From contig CAWDSK010000003.1 of the NCBI GenBank assembly GCA_963804995.1, forward strand, positions 192,001 to 256,000: a DNA stretch of 64,000 nucleotides. The letters run 5' to 3'. This stretch comes from an uncultured Acidobacteriota bacterium (GTDB taxonomy: Bacteria; Acidobacteriota; Terriglobia; UBA7540). The notes under the pieces are model-generated. The model was not told the DNA's origin and ran no database searches. It saw only the letters and a list, made by a program, of their open reading frames with translations. Shown one piece after another: positions 1 through 10,784 of the stretch. The translations under genes were made by a program, and so were the position numbers. Each line of letters opens with the position of its first letter. Position 1 is the first letter of the stretch.

Positions 1-1131
1 TACCGCGCCCGGGCCGACTGTCGTTGCCCAGCCTGCCAGGCGTGAGATGAGGGTCGACGCCCCGATTCCGAGAATGATTCCCACGATTCCCCCCGCGATT
101 GACAGCGTTATCGCCTCAACCAGGAACTGCGTAAGGATATCGCGCGTCTTGGCGCCGATAGCCTGGCGCAATCCAATTTCTCGCGTCCGCTCACGGACAG
201 AGATCAGCATAATGTTCATAATGCCGATACCGCCCACCACCAGCGACACAGAAGCAATGGCCGCGAGCATGACCGCCATGATGCTCGCCGACGCCTCTTG
301 CGCTGCGAAGAGCTCTTGCAAGTTGCGGATCGAGAAATCGTCGGCCTCGGATGCCTGCAGATGATGGCGCTGGCGAAGCAGCGCTTGGGCCTCGTCCTGG
401 GCGGCCTGAATCACCCCGGCGGATTTTGCCTGCATCATGATGGTGTTCACGGCGTCCGCATTGGCTGAGCTGACCCCGATGACTTTCCGTTTGGCGCTTG
501 AAATCGGGAGCAAAATAACGTCGTCCTGGTCCTGCCCTTGGGACGATTGGCCTTTGGGTGTCAGTACGCCGACGACCGTGAACGGCACATTCTTGATGCG
601 AATCACCTGGCCGATCGGGTCCGCGCCGCCAAACAGATTGTCCACCGGCGTCTTGCCCAGCACCGCGACTTTGGTCGCCGAATCCACATCCTGCTGAGTG
701 AATTCCGCCCCGTCCGAGACGGAGAGTTGACGAATGGTCAGATAGTCAGGAGTAACGCCATAGATTTGCGTCGCCCAATTGTTATTCCCGGAAACCACCT
801 GGGCGCTGCCACGAACATACGGCGCCGTGAGCTCAACATCAGGACACTGCACGGGAATTTCTCTGGCATCCGCTTCCGACAACGTAACCGCATTGCCGGT
901 GCCCAGGCGCACTCCGGAGCTGCTCGTGCTGCCCGGGATAATGATGATGATGTTGCTGCCGATGCTCGCGATTTGGTCCTGAATACGCTGCGTGGCGCCG
1001 GAGCCAATCGCCACAGTGGCAATCACGGATGCGACGCCGATCACAATGCCCAGCATGGTCAGCGCCGAGCGCAGCTTGTTCATCGTCAGCGCCCGGAACG
1101 CGATGCGCATGGATGATATTAGCTTCTTCAT
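1..1131 (-). CDS. MacB/FtsX-family ABC transporter permease, 3' end runs off window
   Basis: Manual translation: [36 protein letters not shown]...GGIGIMNIMLISVRERTREIGLRQAIGA. ATG overlaps the ATPase stop (ATGA). Absent from the ORF track because there is no stop in the window. Confidence 0.92.
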   Translation of the reverse strand, partial: MKKLISSMRIAFRALTMNKLRSALTMLGIVIGVASVIATVAIGSGATQRIQDQIASIGSNIIIIIPGSTSSSGVRLGTGNAVTLSEADAREIPVQCPDVELTAPYVRGSAQVVSGNNNWATQIYGVTPDYLTIRQLSVSDGAEFTQQDVDSATKVAVLGKTPVDNLFGGADPIGQVIRIKNVPFTVVGVLTPKGQSSQGQDQDDVILLPISSAKRKVIGVSSANADAVNTIMMQAKSAGVIQAAQDEAQALLRQRHHLQASEADDFSIRNLQELFAAQEASASIMAVMLAAIASVSLVVGGIGIMNIMLISVRERTREIGLRQAIGAKTRDILTQFLVEAITLSIAGGIVGIILGIGASTLISRLAGWATTVGPGAV

Positions 1132-1886
1132 TGCGAAACCTCGACCGGCGTCCGGAGGTAAGCCAACAGGTCCTCGCTGGCTTTCTTGGGGTTGATCACC
1201 GGCGCGTCGCTGACGACGAGGCCATCGCGAAAGCCGATGATTCGACCCGCGTGCGCGGCGACCTCATCCGAGTGTGTGACCAGAACAATGGTGATGCCTT
1301 GAACATGGTTCAAATCCTCGAAGATGCTCATGATTTCGGCGCTGGTGTGCGAGTCAAGCGCCCCGGTGGGCTCGTCAGCCAGAAGGATTTCCGGTTTGTT
1401 GATCAGCGCGCGCGCGATGGCCACGCGCTGTTGCTGGCCACCCGAAAGCTGCGTGGGGAGATTGTGCTCGCGGCCGGCCAGTCCAACCAAGGTCAGCGCG
1501 TGTTCCGCCCGGTCGTCCGCATCAGGAGTATCAGTGTCCTTGTACAACAACGGCAGTTCCACGTTCTCCAGGGCACTCATGCGCGGCAGAAGATTGAAAT
1601 TCTGGAAGACGAAGCCGATCTTCTGGTTGCGAATTTCCGCAAGCTGGTCGCGATCAAGGCTCTCCACCGAATTACCATCGAGCAGATATTGACCTGAGGT
1701 TGGCCGGTCGAGACAGCCGATCAGGTTCATGAAAGTCGATTTGCCTGAACCTGACGCGCCCATGATCGCCACATACGTACCCTTCTCGATGGTGACGGTG
1801 ACGTTCACCAGGGCGTTCACGGTCACTTCCCCCAACCAGTAGGTCTTCTTGAGGTTTCTAACGTCGATGAGCGGTGGCACCAGCAC
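1128..1886 (-). CDS. ABC transporter ATP-binding protein (MacB/LolD type)
   Basis: Walker [10 protein letters not shown], signature [15 protein letters not shown], Walker [13 protein letters not shown]. Confidence 0.95.
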   Translation of the reverse strand: MLVPPLIDVRNLKKTYWLGEVTVNALVNVTVTIEKGTYVAIMGASGSGKSTFMNLIGCLDRPTSGQYLLDGNSVESLDRDQLAEIRNQKIGFVFQNFNLLPRMSALENVELPLLYKDTDTPDADDRAEHALTLVGLAGREHNLPTQLSGGQQQRVAIARALINKPEILLADEPTGALDSHTSAEIMSIFEDLNHVQGITIVLVTHSDEVAAHAGRIIGFRDGLVVSDAPVINPKKASEDLLAYLRTPVEVSQ

Positions 1887-1891
1887 CCTCC

Positions 1892-3345
1892 CTAGAATCC
1901 CGGGCCCCGGCGCCCGCCGCTGGCGCCGGGCGCCGAAGGCGCGGCCGCAGCCGGGGTGCTCGTAGCCGTGGTAAACCTGACCACAACCTGTTCTCCCACT
2001 TGTAGGTCGCCTGAAGTTACGGCCGTTGATTTGCCATCCGAGAGCCCAAAAGTCACCGGCACAGCTTTGAGCTTTCCAGCCGGCAGGGCATAGACTTGCT
2101 GCTTACCGGCTGGTGCCGGCGGGAGGCCGACCTTCGCCAGCACTGCTGCCGTTGGGTGGACTCGCAAGACAGCGTTCGGCACCTTGAGCGCATCATCCAG
2201 TCTTGCGGTCAGGATGCGCGCATTGGCCGTCATCCCCGGAAACAGTTTGAGATCAGGGTTGGCAACCGAAATCACGACATCGTACGTGACCACGTTCTGT
2301 ACATTGATCGGCGCCTTGCGGACGGCCGAGACTTGCCCGTGGAAGGTGGTGCCTGGATAGGCATCAACAGTGAATGTCGCTTTCTGGCCGGCGCTGAGGT
2401 TGCCGATATCGGACTCGTCCACGTTGGTATCGAGCTGCATTTTTGTGAGGTCTTGTGCGATCTCGAAAATGGTGGGGGCCGCAAACGATGCCGCAACGGT
2501 TTGGCCTACATCCATGCGACGTGCGATGACCGTACCATCCACGGGCGCGGTGATCTTGGTATGGTCGAGGTTGGCCTTGGCCTGCTCCAGTGACGCGCGT
2601 GATTGGCGTTCCTGGGCTTGGGCGGACATCAACTGGTTTTGCGTTACGCTCACCTGGGACTTCGCTGACTGGATGGTCTGCTTGGATGCTTCAATCTGGG
2701 ACTGGTCCGCCGCCACCTGAGCATCAGCAGCGTCCACGGCAGCCTTGGCGATGTCGTGATCCGTTTGGGAAATTATTCCATCCTTGAAAATGATGTCTTG
2801 CCTTTGCCATTGGTTTTTTGCGTTAAGCGCGTTGGCCCGGTCCTTGGCCAAAACTGACTCCGCACTCTTCTCATTGGCCATTGTCCCGGCCAGATCTGAT
2901 TTCGCCTTTTGGACCTGCGCGGCGGCCGTCATTGCAGCCGAGTGTACAGATGCCAGTGCAGCCTGGGCCTGGTCGACTTGCGTCTGGAATACCTGGGGGT
3001 CGATTTCCGCCACCAGCTGGCCTTTGGTTACCTTCGTGTTGAAGTCAGCGTATAGCGCTTTGATGTTGCCTGATACCTGGCTGCCGACCTGCACATCCAC
3101 AACTGCGTTGAGCGTGCCTGTCGCCGTGACACTGGCTTGGATCATCCCTCGCTCAACAGACACTAGTATCGTAATGAATTGCGTTCAGCGAATGCATCCG
3201 CCACAGTTCCAAGATTACGGCCAGTACCTACGACAATGCCGGCTGCCATGGCCCATTTGGCCCATTTGTGCCGGGGAGGTGCCTTGACTGGCAGCGGGGG
3301 AACCGAAATCAGCGGCGGGAGGTAATTCTGTATGGACATGATCAT
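1892..3345 (-). CDS. MacA-like efflux periplasmic adaptor subunit, two apparent +1 indels near 3165-3230
   Basis: VGSQVSGNI, coiled-coil hairpin, ITAPVDGTVIARRMDVGQTVAAS, VDESDIG. The N-terminal TM segment is in ORF 3163..3345 and joins after removing two extra bases. Confidence 0.85.
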
Positions 3346-4330
3346 CTACTGCCGTGGCCATCGGTCACCATCCTTTTTTTGCTCGGGGAGACTGCTGCTC
3401 TCCGCCGCTGATCCGTCCCACTTGTGCCGTCCGAGACACGCGCAGCACCTCGTGTGTTCGGCGAGTAGGCCTCTGCCAATCGCTATCAATTGAGTCGTAC
3501 CCAACCACAAATCATCTCGGGGGCTAAATACCCAACACCGCTATTCCTTCCGGCATGCTGCAATACCCTTCTGAGTTCTGCTGGGCATCCCACGGGGGTG
3601 GGAGGCCGGCGATATCCGCCTCCCACCAAAACTTAGGAGCCATTATCTTTATACTGCCGGGTCAATTCGATGTCAGTTCCACACGGCTCACCTGTATGGT
3701 CACAATTGCTCATCCCGGTTTGTTACGCTAAGACGCGGCGACTGTATAGCAGCACGGTGCGGCGAATCTCGGAGCTAGCGCCTCCGATCCATCGAGGCTA
3801 CGCACAGAGGGTGTCAGGGCAAATGTAAATAGAATCTGGAAGTAAAGTTTCGGCTCACGACACTAGGGGGACATCCCTGTCCCACCAGTGGTTTACTGGT
3901 GAACGACAGCGCCGCGAGCGGATTTGGCCTGGGAAGTCGCCTTCCCGTCAAGTGGGCGCCACATGGTTCTATAACGGCCTACTTGTAGAAGTGCCCATGC
4001 CTGCGCAGGATTACAGAACCTGTCATCGATGACTGGCCGGGAAAAACGCCATGGGTTAGGGCCAAGTCGCTCAACTCCCGCCTCGTATGCAAGATGCTAG
4101 CTTGTGTCCGCAGCGGGCGGCTACAAGGACTTTTCACTTTTGCATTTTGCCTTGCCCTTGCGGCTCGGCCGCGCCGCGCTATCTTCTTCCCTTTTGCCTT
4201 CCACAGGTGTATACGATTACCCCATCGCGTGGTCATGATGTACGCAGCTTGCGCAGATCACGAGCAGCGCCATGCACCTGACCCGGACAGCAGGCGCGAC
4301 CGCGCGGAAACCCGAGGTGAGATTACGCGC

Positions 4331-5212
4331 ATGTTGAAGCTTGACCGCCGCACCTTTTTGGCATCGGCCGGAGTGGCTCCGGTCCTGGCTGGCTGGAAGT
4401 CCGCCCCGCGCGCCGAGCGCGTCTACGACGTCCCTGCAGCCATTCACCGCTACCGCAAGCTGGATTGCCACAATCACATCTTCGGTGAACCCCGCCAGGT
4501 GATCGCTGCGGCGGACCGGCTGGAAATCGAGAAAGTTGCGATTTCCATTCCCGTCACGAAACCGGGCGAGGCCACGCCGGAGGCTTGTCGCGCGGCCAAC
4601 GATCGGGTGCTGAAGGCGATGCAGGATTTTCCCGGCCGCTTTCTGGGCCAGTGCTTCATCAATCCCCATTATCAGCGCAACGCGCTCGAGGAGATGACCC
4701 GGTGCCTGGACGCCGGCATGATCGGTCTGGGCGAACTCTATACGGCCGTGCGCATCAATGACCCTCAGTATTTCCCCATCTTTGAGAAGTGCATTGAGCT
4801 GAGGGTTCCCCTGCTGAGCCACGCCGGGGGAGATCGCAAGGATTACCGTGAGCCCAACCTGCCCGGCGCATCGAATGCCGACGATTTTGTGGAGGCCGGC
4901 CGCCGTTATCCGGAGCTGATGCTGATCTACGGTCACATCGGCGGAGGAGGCGACTGGGAGTCTGCCTGCAAAGCGTTGCGCAGCGCGCCCACCGTGTTTG
5001 CCGATACCAGCGGCAGCGTCACCGACGAAGGCATGGTCGACTTCGCCGTCAAATGTCTGGGAGTCCATCGCCTGCTCTTTGCCACAGATTTGAATTTCGA
5101 AACCGGCGTGGGAAAAATCCTGGCAGCGCAGCTTACTGAGGAAGAACGTCACCAGATCTTTTTCGACAACTTCAATGAACTTTTAAGGAAGCGGTCCAAC
5201 CATGCGCATTGA
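4331..5212 (+). CDS. Tat-exported amidohydrolase_2 family protein
   Basis: Twin-arginine DRRTFL after ATG 4331; DCHNH metal motif, GHIGGG, LLFATD. Confidence 0.85.
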   Translation: MLKLDRRTFLASAGVAPVLAGWKSAPRAERVYDVPAAIHRYRKLDCHNHIFGEPRQVIAAADRLEIEKVAISIPVTKPGEATPEACRAANDRVLKAMQDFPGRFLGQCFINPHYQRNALEEMTRCLDAGMIGLGELYTAVRINDPQYFPIFEKCIELRVPLLSHAGGDRKDYREPNLPGASNADDFVEAGRRYPELMLIYGHIGGGGDWESACKALRSAPTVFADTSGSVTDEGMVDFAVKCLGVHRLLFATDLNFETGVGKILAAQLTEEERHQIFFDNFNELLRKRSNHAH

Positions 5213-5996
5213 TTTCCACACTTATATCGGACACTGGCCGTTCCGGCAGTTACGCGGCAACACCCCGGCTGGCCTGGTTGATTACATGGGGCGGTTCGGC
5301 ATCGATCAGACGGTGGTCGCGAATATCAACGGCGTGTTCTACAGAAACACGCAGCCCGCCAATGAAGAGCTGGCCGAGGCCATCAAACCCTTTCCCGGCC
5401 GCTTCATCCCCTATGCGGTCATCAACCCCAGTTATCCCGACTGGGAGTACGACTTCGAAGTCTGCCACACCAAGCTCGGGATGAAAGGCCTGCGGCTCTA
5501 TCCCCAGTACCATGATTACAAGCTGACGGACCCGCGCCTCGCGAAATTGCTGGAGCTGGCGCGAGGACTCAAGATGCCGGTGGCTTTTTCGCGGTGGCTC
5601 GAGGACGATCGCCAACGCTCCTGGATGGATATCGGGGGGGAACTGACGCTCGATAGCCTGGTCCCCATGATTAAGGACAACCCGGGAACCTTTGTGCTCC
5701 TGAACGTCAACTTCTACCCGATTAAAGATGAGTACCTGAGTGGTCTCCACAACGCGGACGTATATTTCGATACGGTGTATGCCACCGCGAGCCTGCCCGC
5801 TCAAAGTGGTTACGACCTTCTCCGGCTGATCAAGGAGTTCGGGGTCGACCGCTTCCTGTTCGGCAGCGCGTATCCTTTTCGGGACCCGATTTCGGCGCTT
5901 ATTCGTCTGGAGGTCGTGCATGAATTGGACGCGGCGGCGAAGGATGCCATCTGGTCGGGCAACGCCCAGCGGTTAATAAATCGGCGTTCGGGATGA
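5202..5996 (+). CDS. amidohydrolase_2 family protein
   Basis: IDFHTY, GLRLYPQYH, FLFGSAYP; overlaps the upstream paralog. Confidence 0.82.
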   Translation: MRIDFHTYIGHWPFRQLRGNTPAGLVDYMGRFGIDQTVVANINGVFYRNTQPANEELAEAIKPFPGRFIPYAVINPSYPDWEYDFEVCHTKLGMKGLRLYPQYHDYKLTDPRLAKLLELARGLKMPVAFSRWLEDDRQRSWMDIGGELTLDSLVPMIKDNPGTFVLLNVNFYPIKDEYLSGLHNADVYFDTVYATASLPAQSGYDLLRLIKEFGVDRFLFGSAYPFRDPISALIRLEVVHELDAAAKDAIWSGNAQRLINRRSG

Positions 5997-6092
5997 GGCG
6001 GTAGGGTTGAGAGTTAATATCGCGAGGCGGAAGTTCGTTAATGAAGGCTGCCCCAATCCCTCGGGCCGAGAAAGTGTGGCCCATTCCTAAGT

Positions 6093-6263
6093 GACCCCCT
6101 CACCCGTCCCGCACCGGCTGATGAGAACGCCGGCTGCGGTCCACCCTCTCCCCCAAAGGGGCGAGGGTTATAGATTCCAATTAAACCTCCCTCTCTCATC
6201 CGAGCAAACCCAAACTGACTCCCCCCTCGCCCCGTTGGGGGAGAGGGGCGGGGGTGAGGGGGT
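6093..6263. repeat. REP-like palindromic core family A (GACCCCCTCACCC...CCCTCTCCCCCAAAGGGGCGAGGG...GGGTGAGGGGG)
   Basis: Related copies at 11788, 47221 and inside the MITEs at 23339, 24976, 30127. Confidence 0.85.
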
Positions 6264-6365
6264 TGTCGCATCCGGCGAGCACACACGATTCTTCTCTGAA
6301 ACCATCTTATTCCGCTAAAATGGGTGCGCTTTTCGGCGACTTTGAAGGAGTGTGCGGTTCAGTCC

Positions 6366-8491
6366 ATGCGCATTGGAGTAGATACAGGCGGTACGTTTAC
6401 GGACTGCGTCGTCTTTGCGGGCGGCCAGGTCCGGATCCTGAAGGTCTTCTCCACACCTGAGGACGCCTCGAGCGCTATCGTCCGAGGGGTTATGCAACTG
6501 GCGAGATCCTCCACAACGTCCTCCGGCCGCAGGGACACGGAGCAGCAGCCGCCTGCCGGGAAAGTGCCGCGTCTCAACATCATTCATGGAACCACGGTGG
6601 GAACCAATAGCCTGATCGAGCGGCGTGGCGCGCGCGTGGCACTGATCACCACGGCCGGCTTCGAGGACCTTCTGGAAATTGGCCGCCAGACCCGGCCGCG
6701 CCTCTACGACCTGAACGTCCGGCGTGAACCCGCTTTGGTGCCGCGCGCTTTGCGTTTCGGAATAAAGGAACGGATTGCGGCGGATGGCAAGGTCCTCCTC
6801 CGGCCCTCCGAAAGCGCCATTCGCAACCTGAAGCGGCGTGTGAAAGAGTCACAGGTCGAGTCCCTCGCCTTGTGCTTCCTGTTCTCTTTCGCCCATCCTG
6901 CCCACGAGCGCCTCGTAGCCCGCCGCCTCAGAGACCTGGGTCTGCCGATCTCCGTTTCTCACGAAATCCTTCCCGAGTTCCGTGAGTTCGAACGCCTTTC
7001 GACCGTGGTGATCAATGCTTTTCTGGCTCCGCGCATGGGCAGGTATTTATCCAGCCTTGACCACCGCATGAGCGCCGAGCTTCGACGCCTTGACTCCCCT
7101 CCTGGGTTGAGAAGGAGGGCAGTAGGTAGTGGGTCCCGCATCTACGTGATGCAGTCAAACGGAGGAATCTCCACCGCCGCACGGGCCGCACGGGAGCCGG
7201 TGCGAACCATCCTCTCCGGGCCAGCCGGGGGGGTGGTGGCTTCAGCGTGGCTCGCTCAGCAATTGGGAATTGCCCGCGCCATCAGCTTCGATATGGGAGG
7301 GACTTCCACCGATGTCTGTCTGCTGGATGGCCCCCCACGCACCACGAACGAAACTTCGCTCGCGGGCTTACCCGTCGCCGTGCCCGTGCTCGAACGTGCA
7401 TTCCGTGGGCGCTGGAGGCGGGTCGTTGGCGCGGCTCGAACGCGGGAGGTGCGCTACGGGTGGGGCCGGAGAGCGCGGGTGCTACCCCCGGACCGATTTG
7501 CTACGGCCGAGGTGGCAAGGGACTGACCGTGAGCGACGCCAACCTGCTTCTGGGACGCCTCGATCCCGACCATTTTCTGGGTGGAGACTTTCGCCTCGAC
7601 GCGGAAGCGGCGGAGCGCGGGTTCGAGCGATTCCTTGCCGCGCACGCCCGCCATGCCGGGTTCAGGACCACCCGCCAGCTTGCCGCGGGAATTGTGGCCG
7701 TCTCAAACGCCACCATGGAGAAAGCCTTGCGCGTGATCTCCGTCGAGCGCGGCTACGACCCGCGAGACTTCTCCCTCATCTGTTACGGAGGCGCGGGCGG
7801 CTTGCACGCGGCTGATCTGGCGCGCGCGCTGGGCCTGCCTGCCGTCATCGTCCCGCAAAACCCGGGCGCCTTTTCGGCTTTGGGGATCCTGCTCTCTGAC
7901 GTGGTGCGAGACGTGGCGCGCTCGGTTCTGCTGCATGTGCCCGCCAATAATAATTCGGCCCTGCGCCCTCTCGTCGCGAATCTCAAGCAGCGCTTCGTGG
8001 GGCTGGGTCGCCTGGCCCGTTCTGAACTACGGAACGAAGGCTTCGAGGTCGAGCGCGCGACGGCCGCGCAGAGCCTCAACCTGCGCTACCAGGGCCAATC
8101 TTATGAGTTGTCCGTACCCTTTACGGCGGGCTTTCGCCAGGCTTTCGAGCGTGCCCACGAAAAAGCTTACGGCTATGCCCATCCGGGGCGGGAGCTTGAA
8201 ATCGTCAACCTCCGCCTTCGCCTGGTGATTCCTACCCCCAAGCCACGACTGCGGGCGCAGAAGTCGAGGCCAGGGCGTGACGCGCGCGGGGCGCTCGAGA
8301 AAACCAAACCCGTGTGGTTCGGACCAGAGGCACACCCGACCGGGATTTATGCGCGCGAACGCCTAGGGCCCGGCGCCCGTTTGGTGGGTCCGGCAGTCAT
8401 CACCGAGTATAGTTCGACGACGGTTGTGCCCCCGGACTTCGCCTGCGAGGTTGACGAGCACTTGAACTTGATCTTAAAGAGATGCCCGTGA
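6366..8491 (+). CDS. hyuA: hydantoinase/5-oxoprolinase subunit A, two +1 indels at ~7394 and ~7440
   Basis: MRIGVDTGGTFTD, HGTTVGTN, SGPAGG, DMGGTSTD, GPESAGATPGP, YGGAGGLHA; pieces in ORFs 6324, 7270 and 7247. Confidence 0.88.
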
Positions 8492-8512
8492 CGATCCGCA
8501 GACGTGGACGGC

Positions 8513-8575
8513 CGAAATTCGAAACTCGAAAATCGAAATTCGGCGCGAGTTTCGAATTTCGAGTTTCAATTTTCG
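8513..8575. repeat. inverted heptamer repeat tract (CGAAATT / TTTCGAG)
   Basis: cgaaattcgaaactcgaaaatcgaaattcg followed by a complementary tract. Confidence 0.7.
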
Positions 8576-8620
8576 TTTTGTGGTAATCAGGAGCCGGGGA
8601 GGTTCCACAATGACGACACT

Positions 8621-8643
8621 GCCGACCTGAAGGTCGGCGCTAC
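8621..8643 (-). repeat. single GTAG-type REP hairpin
   Basis: Reverse complement reads GTAG-C-GCCGACCT-TC-AGGTCGGC. Confidence 0.65.
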
Positions 8644-8665
8644 TGTTCCCTATTCCCTATTCCCT

Positions 8666-10348
8666 ATGAAGCACGTTGACGCTGCCGAACTCGAAATCTT
8701 CAAAAACCTCTTCCACTCCGCGGCGGAGGAGATGGGCGCCGCGCTGCGCCGCTCGGCGTTCTCGCCCAACATCAAGGAACGCCGCGACTACTCGTGCGCG
8801 GTGTTTGACGGCCAGGGACGCGTCGTGGCTATGGGCGATCACATGCCCGTGCATTTGGGTTCCATGCCCATGTCGGTGGCCGCCGCCTTGCACGCCCTCA
8901 AGCTGGGGCCGGGCGACATCGCCATGCTGAATGATCCTTATGCCGGGGGCACCCACCTGCCCGATATCACGCTGGTGATGCCGGTGTGGGAGCAAGGCTT
9001 CGGGATACGGGATACGGGGCACGGGATACGCTTGGTCACGCCCCTACCTGCGTTGGAAGTACCGACAATCGGCGCCAACCTCAAGGCCGAACGCCGTTCG
9101 GCCCTACCAACGCGAAACCGCCCCAGCTTCTACGTCGCCAATCGCGCCCATCATGCCGATGTAGGCGGCGCGCAGCCTGCCTCGATGGGCCTCAGCCGGG
9201 AAATTTACCAGGAAGGCCTGCGCATCCCACCCGTGGCGCTGGCGCGGGGCGGCGTGCTTCAGCAGGACGTACTCTCCATCCTGCGCTCGAACGTGCGGAC
9301 CCCGCGCGAGCGCGAAGGCGATCTGTTGGCGCAGGTAGCGGCCTGCCGGTTGGGCGAGCGCCGTTTGCAGGAGCTGCTCGAAAGATACGGGCAGGCGCGA
9401 ACCAATTTCTATCTCAACGCCTTGCAGGCCTATTCCGCACGCCTGATGCGCGAAGCCCTGGCAAATATTCCGCCCGGAGTCTACACCGCGGAAGACTATC
9501 TCGACAACAACGGCTACAGCTCCAAACCCATTCGCCTGCGCGTCGAGATCACGATCCGTAAAGGGCGGGCGGTAGTGGATTTTACGGGCACCTCGCCGCA
9601 GTGTGAGGGCAGTGTGAATGCGGTGTTCGCGATCACTTATTCAGCGGCGTTCTATGTTTTCCGCTGCCTGCTGGGTGAGGATGTTCCAGCTTGCGCGGGC
9701 TTGATGGATCCCGTGGAAGTGCTCGCGCCGGAAGGCAGTGTGGTGAACGCTCGACCGCCCGCCGCGGTGGCCGCCGGTAACGTTGAGACCTCGCAGCGAA
9801 TCGTGGATGTCCTGTTGCGCGCCTTAGCCAAGGCACTGCCTGACCGAATTCCCGCCGCCAGCTCTGGAACCATGAACAACCTCTCCTTTGGCGGGATCGA
9901 TCCGCGCACGGGTGAGCCCTTTGCCTACTACGAAACGATTGCGGGCGGCATGGGGGCTCGGCCCTCTGTCGATGGTCTCAGCGGCGTGCACACCCACATG
10001 ACGAATTCGCTCAATACTCCCATCGAGGCCCTGGAATCCGCCTATCCTGTACGCGTGCGGCGTTACTCGCTGCGTGAAGGCTCAGGAGGCGCCGGCAAAT
10101 TCCGTGGCGGCGAAGGGATTGTTCGCGAGATGGAGTTTCTTACGGAAGTGCGTGGGAATATCCTGTCAGACCGCCGCCGCTTCGGGCCTTACGGTTTGGT
10201 AGGGGGCAAGCCGGGGCGACCGGGAAAGAATGAACTGACCGTGCGGGGAAGAACGCGCGTTCTACCGGGCAAGGTGGCCTTTACGGCTCCGCCCGGCAGC
10301 GTCTTGAAAATCGAATCACCTGGAGGCGGTGGGTGGGGTAAGCGGTAG
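8666..10348 (+). CDS. hyuB: hydantoinase B/oxoprolinase family protein with ~40-aa repeat-derived insertion
   Basis: SPNIKERRDYSCA, PVHLG, NDPYAGGTHLPD, HHADVGG, TPIEALE, SPGGGGWG; likely start MKHVDAAELEIF at 8666. Confidence 0.9.
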   Translation: MKHVDAAELEIFKNLFHSAAEEMGAALRRSAFSPNIKERRDYSCAVFDGQGRVVAMGDHMPVHLGSMPMSVAAALHALKLGPGDIAMLNDPYAGGTHLPDITLVMPVWEQGFGIRDTGHGIRLVTPLPALEVPTIGANLKAERRSALPTRNRPSFYVANRAHHADVGGAQPASMGLSREIYQEGLRIPPVALARGGVLQQDVLSILRSNVRTPREREGDLLAQVAACRLGERRLQELLERYGQARTNFYLNALQAYSARLMREALANIPPGVYTAEDYLDNNGYSSKPIRLRVEITIRKGRAVVDFTGTSPQCEGSVNAVFAITYSAAFYVFRCLLGEDVPACAGLMDPVEVLAPEGSVVNARPPAAVAAGNVETSQRIVDVLLRALAKALPDRIPAASSGTMNNLSFGGIDPRTGEPFAYYETIAGGMGARPSVDGLSGVHTHMTNSLNTPIEALESAYPVRVRRYSLREGSGGAGKFRGGEGIVREMEFLTEVRGNILSDRRRFGPYGLVGGKPGRPGKNELTVRGRTRVLPGKVAFTAPPGSVLKIESPGGGGWGKR

Positions 10349-10372
10349 TCGCGGCCTGAAACTAATCTGGTC

Positions 10373-10549
10373 GGCTGGCGCAGACCCCGGCCCTTTGAGG
10401 TCTGCGATTTCCGAAGGACACGCGTGGGAAGTGACGGCTTACAGAAATTGTCCTCCAGAATGGCCTGCTGTTGGAGGAAGTGGCCGCACCAAAGCCTGGA
10501 ATCCCTTTGGGAGATCGCAGACGCTAAAGAGCAAGCGTCTGCGCCAGCC
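10373..10549. repeat. inverted hairpin doublet related to the 167-bp array unit
   Basis: ggctggcgcagacc...ggtctgcg and cgcagacgct...agcgtctgcgccagcc. Confidence 0.65.
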
Positions 10550-10557
10550 AGCCCTGC

Positions 10558-10690
10558 TCAGCACCACCCCGTCGCTCGACGCGCCACCCCTCCTCATCTG
10601 AGGAGGGGAGTTCTTAAAAAGCTCCCCTCCTGATTTAGGAGGGGTGGCGCTCAGAGCGACGGGGTGGTTACGGTGGCGCCGGGGTGGTTA
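10558..10690. repeat. REP-like family B cluster (CTCCCCTCCT-CAGATG-AGGAGGGGTGGCGC...CGGGGTGGT)
   Basis: Inverted copies; same family at 12075 and 26725. Confidence 0.85.
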
Positions 10691-10784
10691 CGGCGGGTAG
10701 AGTCAGAGACGTGAATCGCAGAGTTGGGCTCACTCTGCGCCAGCCGCCCCGATAAGATGGGGCATGAATTTGTCAGGAGCAACT

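Noticed and set aside
3597..3632. Hairpin GGTGGGAGG...CCTCCCACC as a terminator
   Set aside because: No U-tract follows it on either strand; function not assignable.
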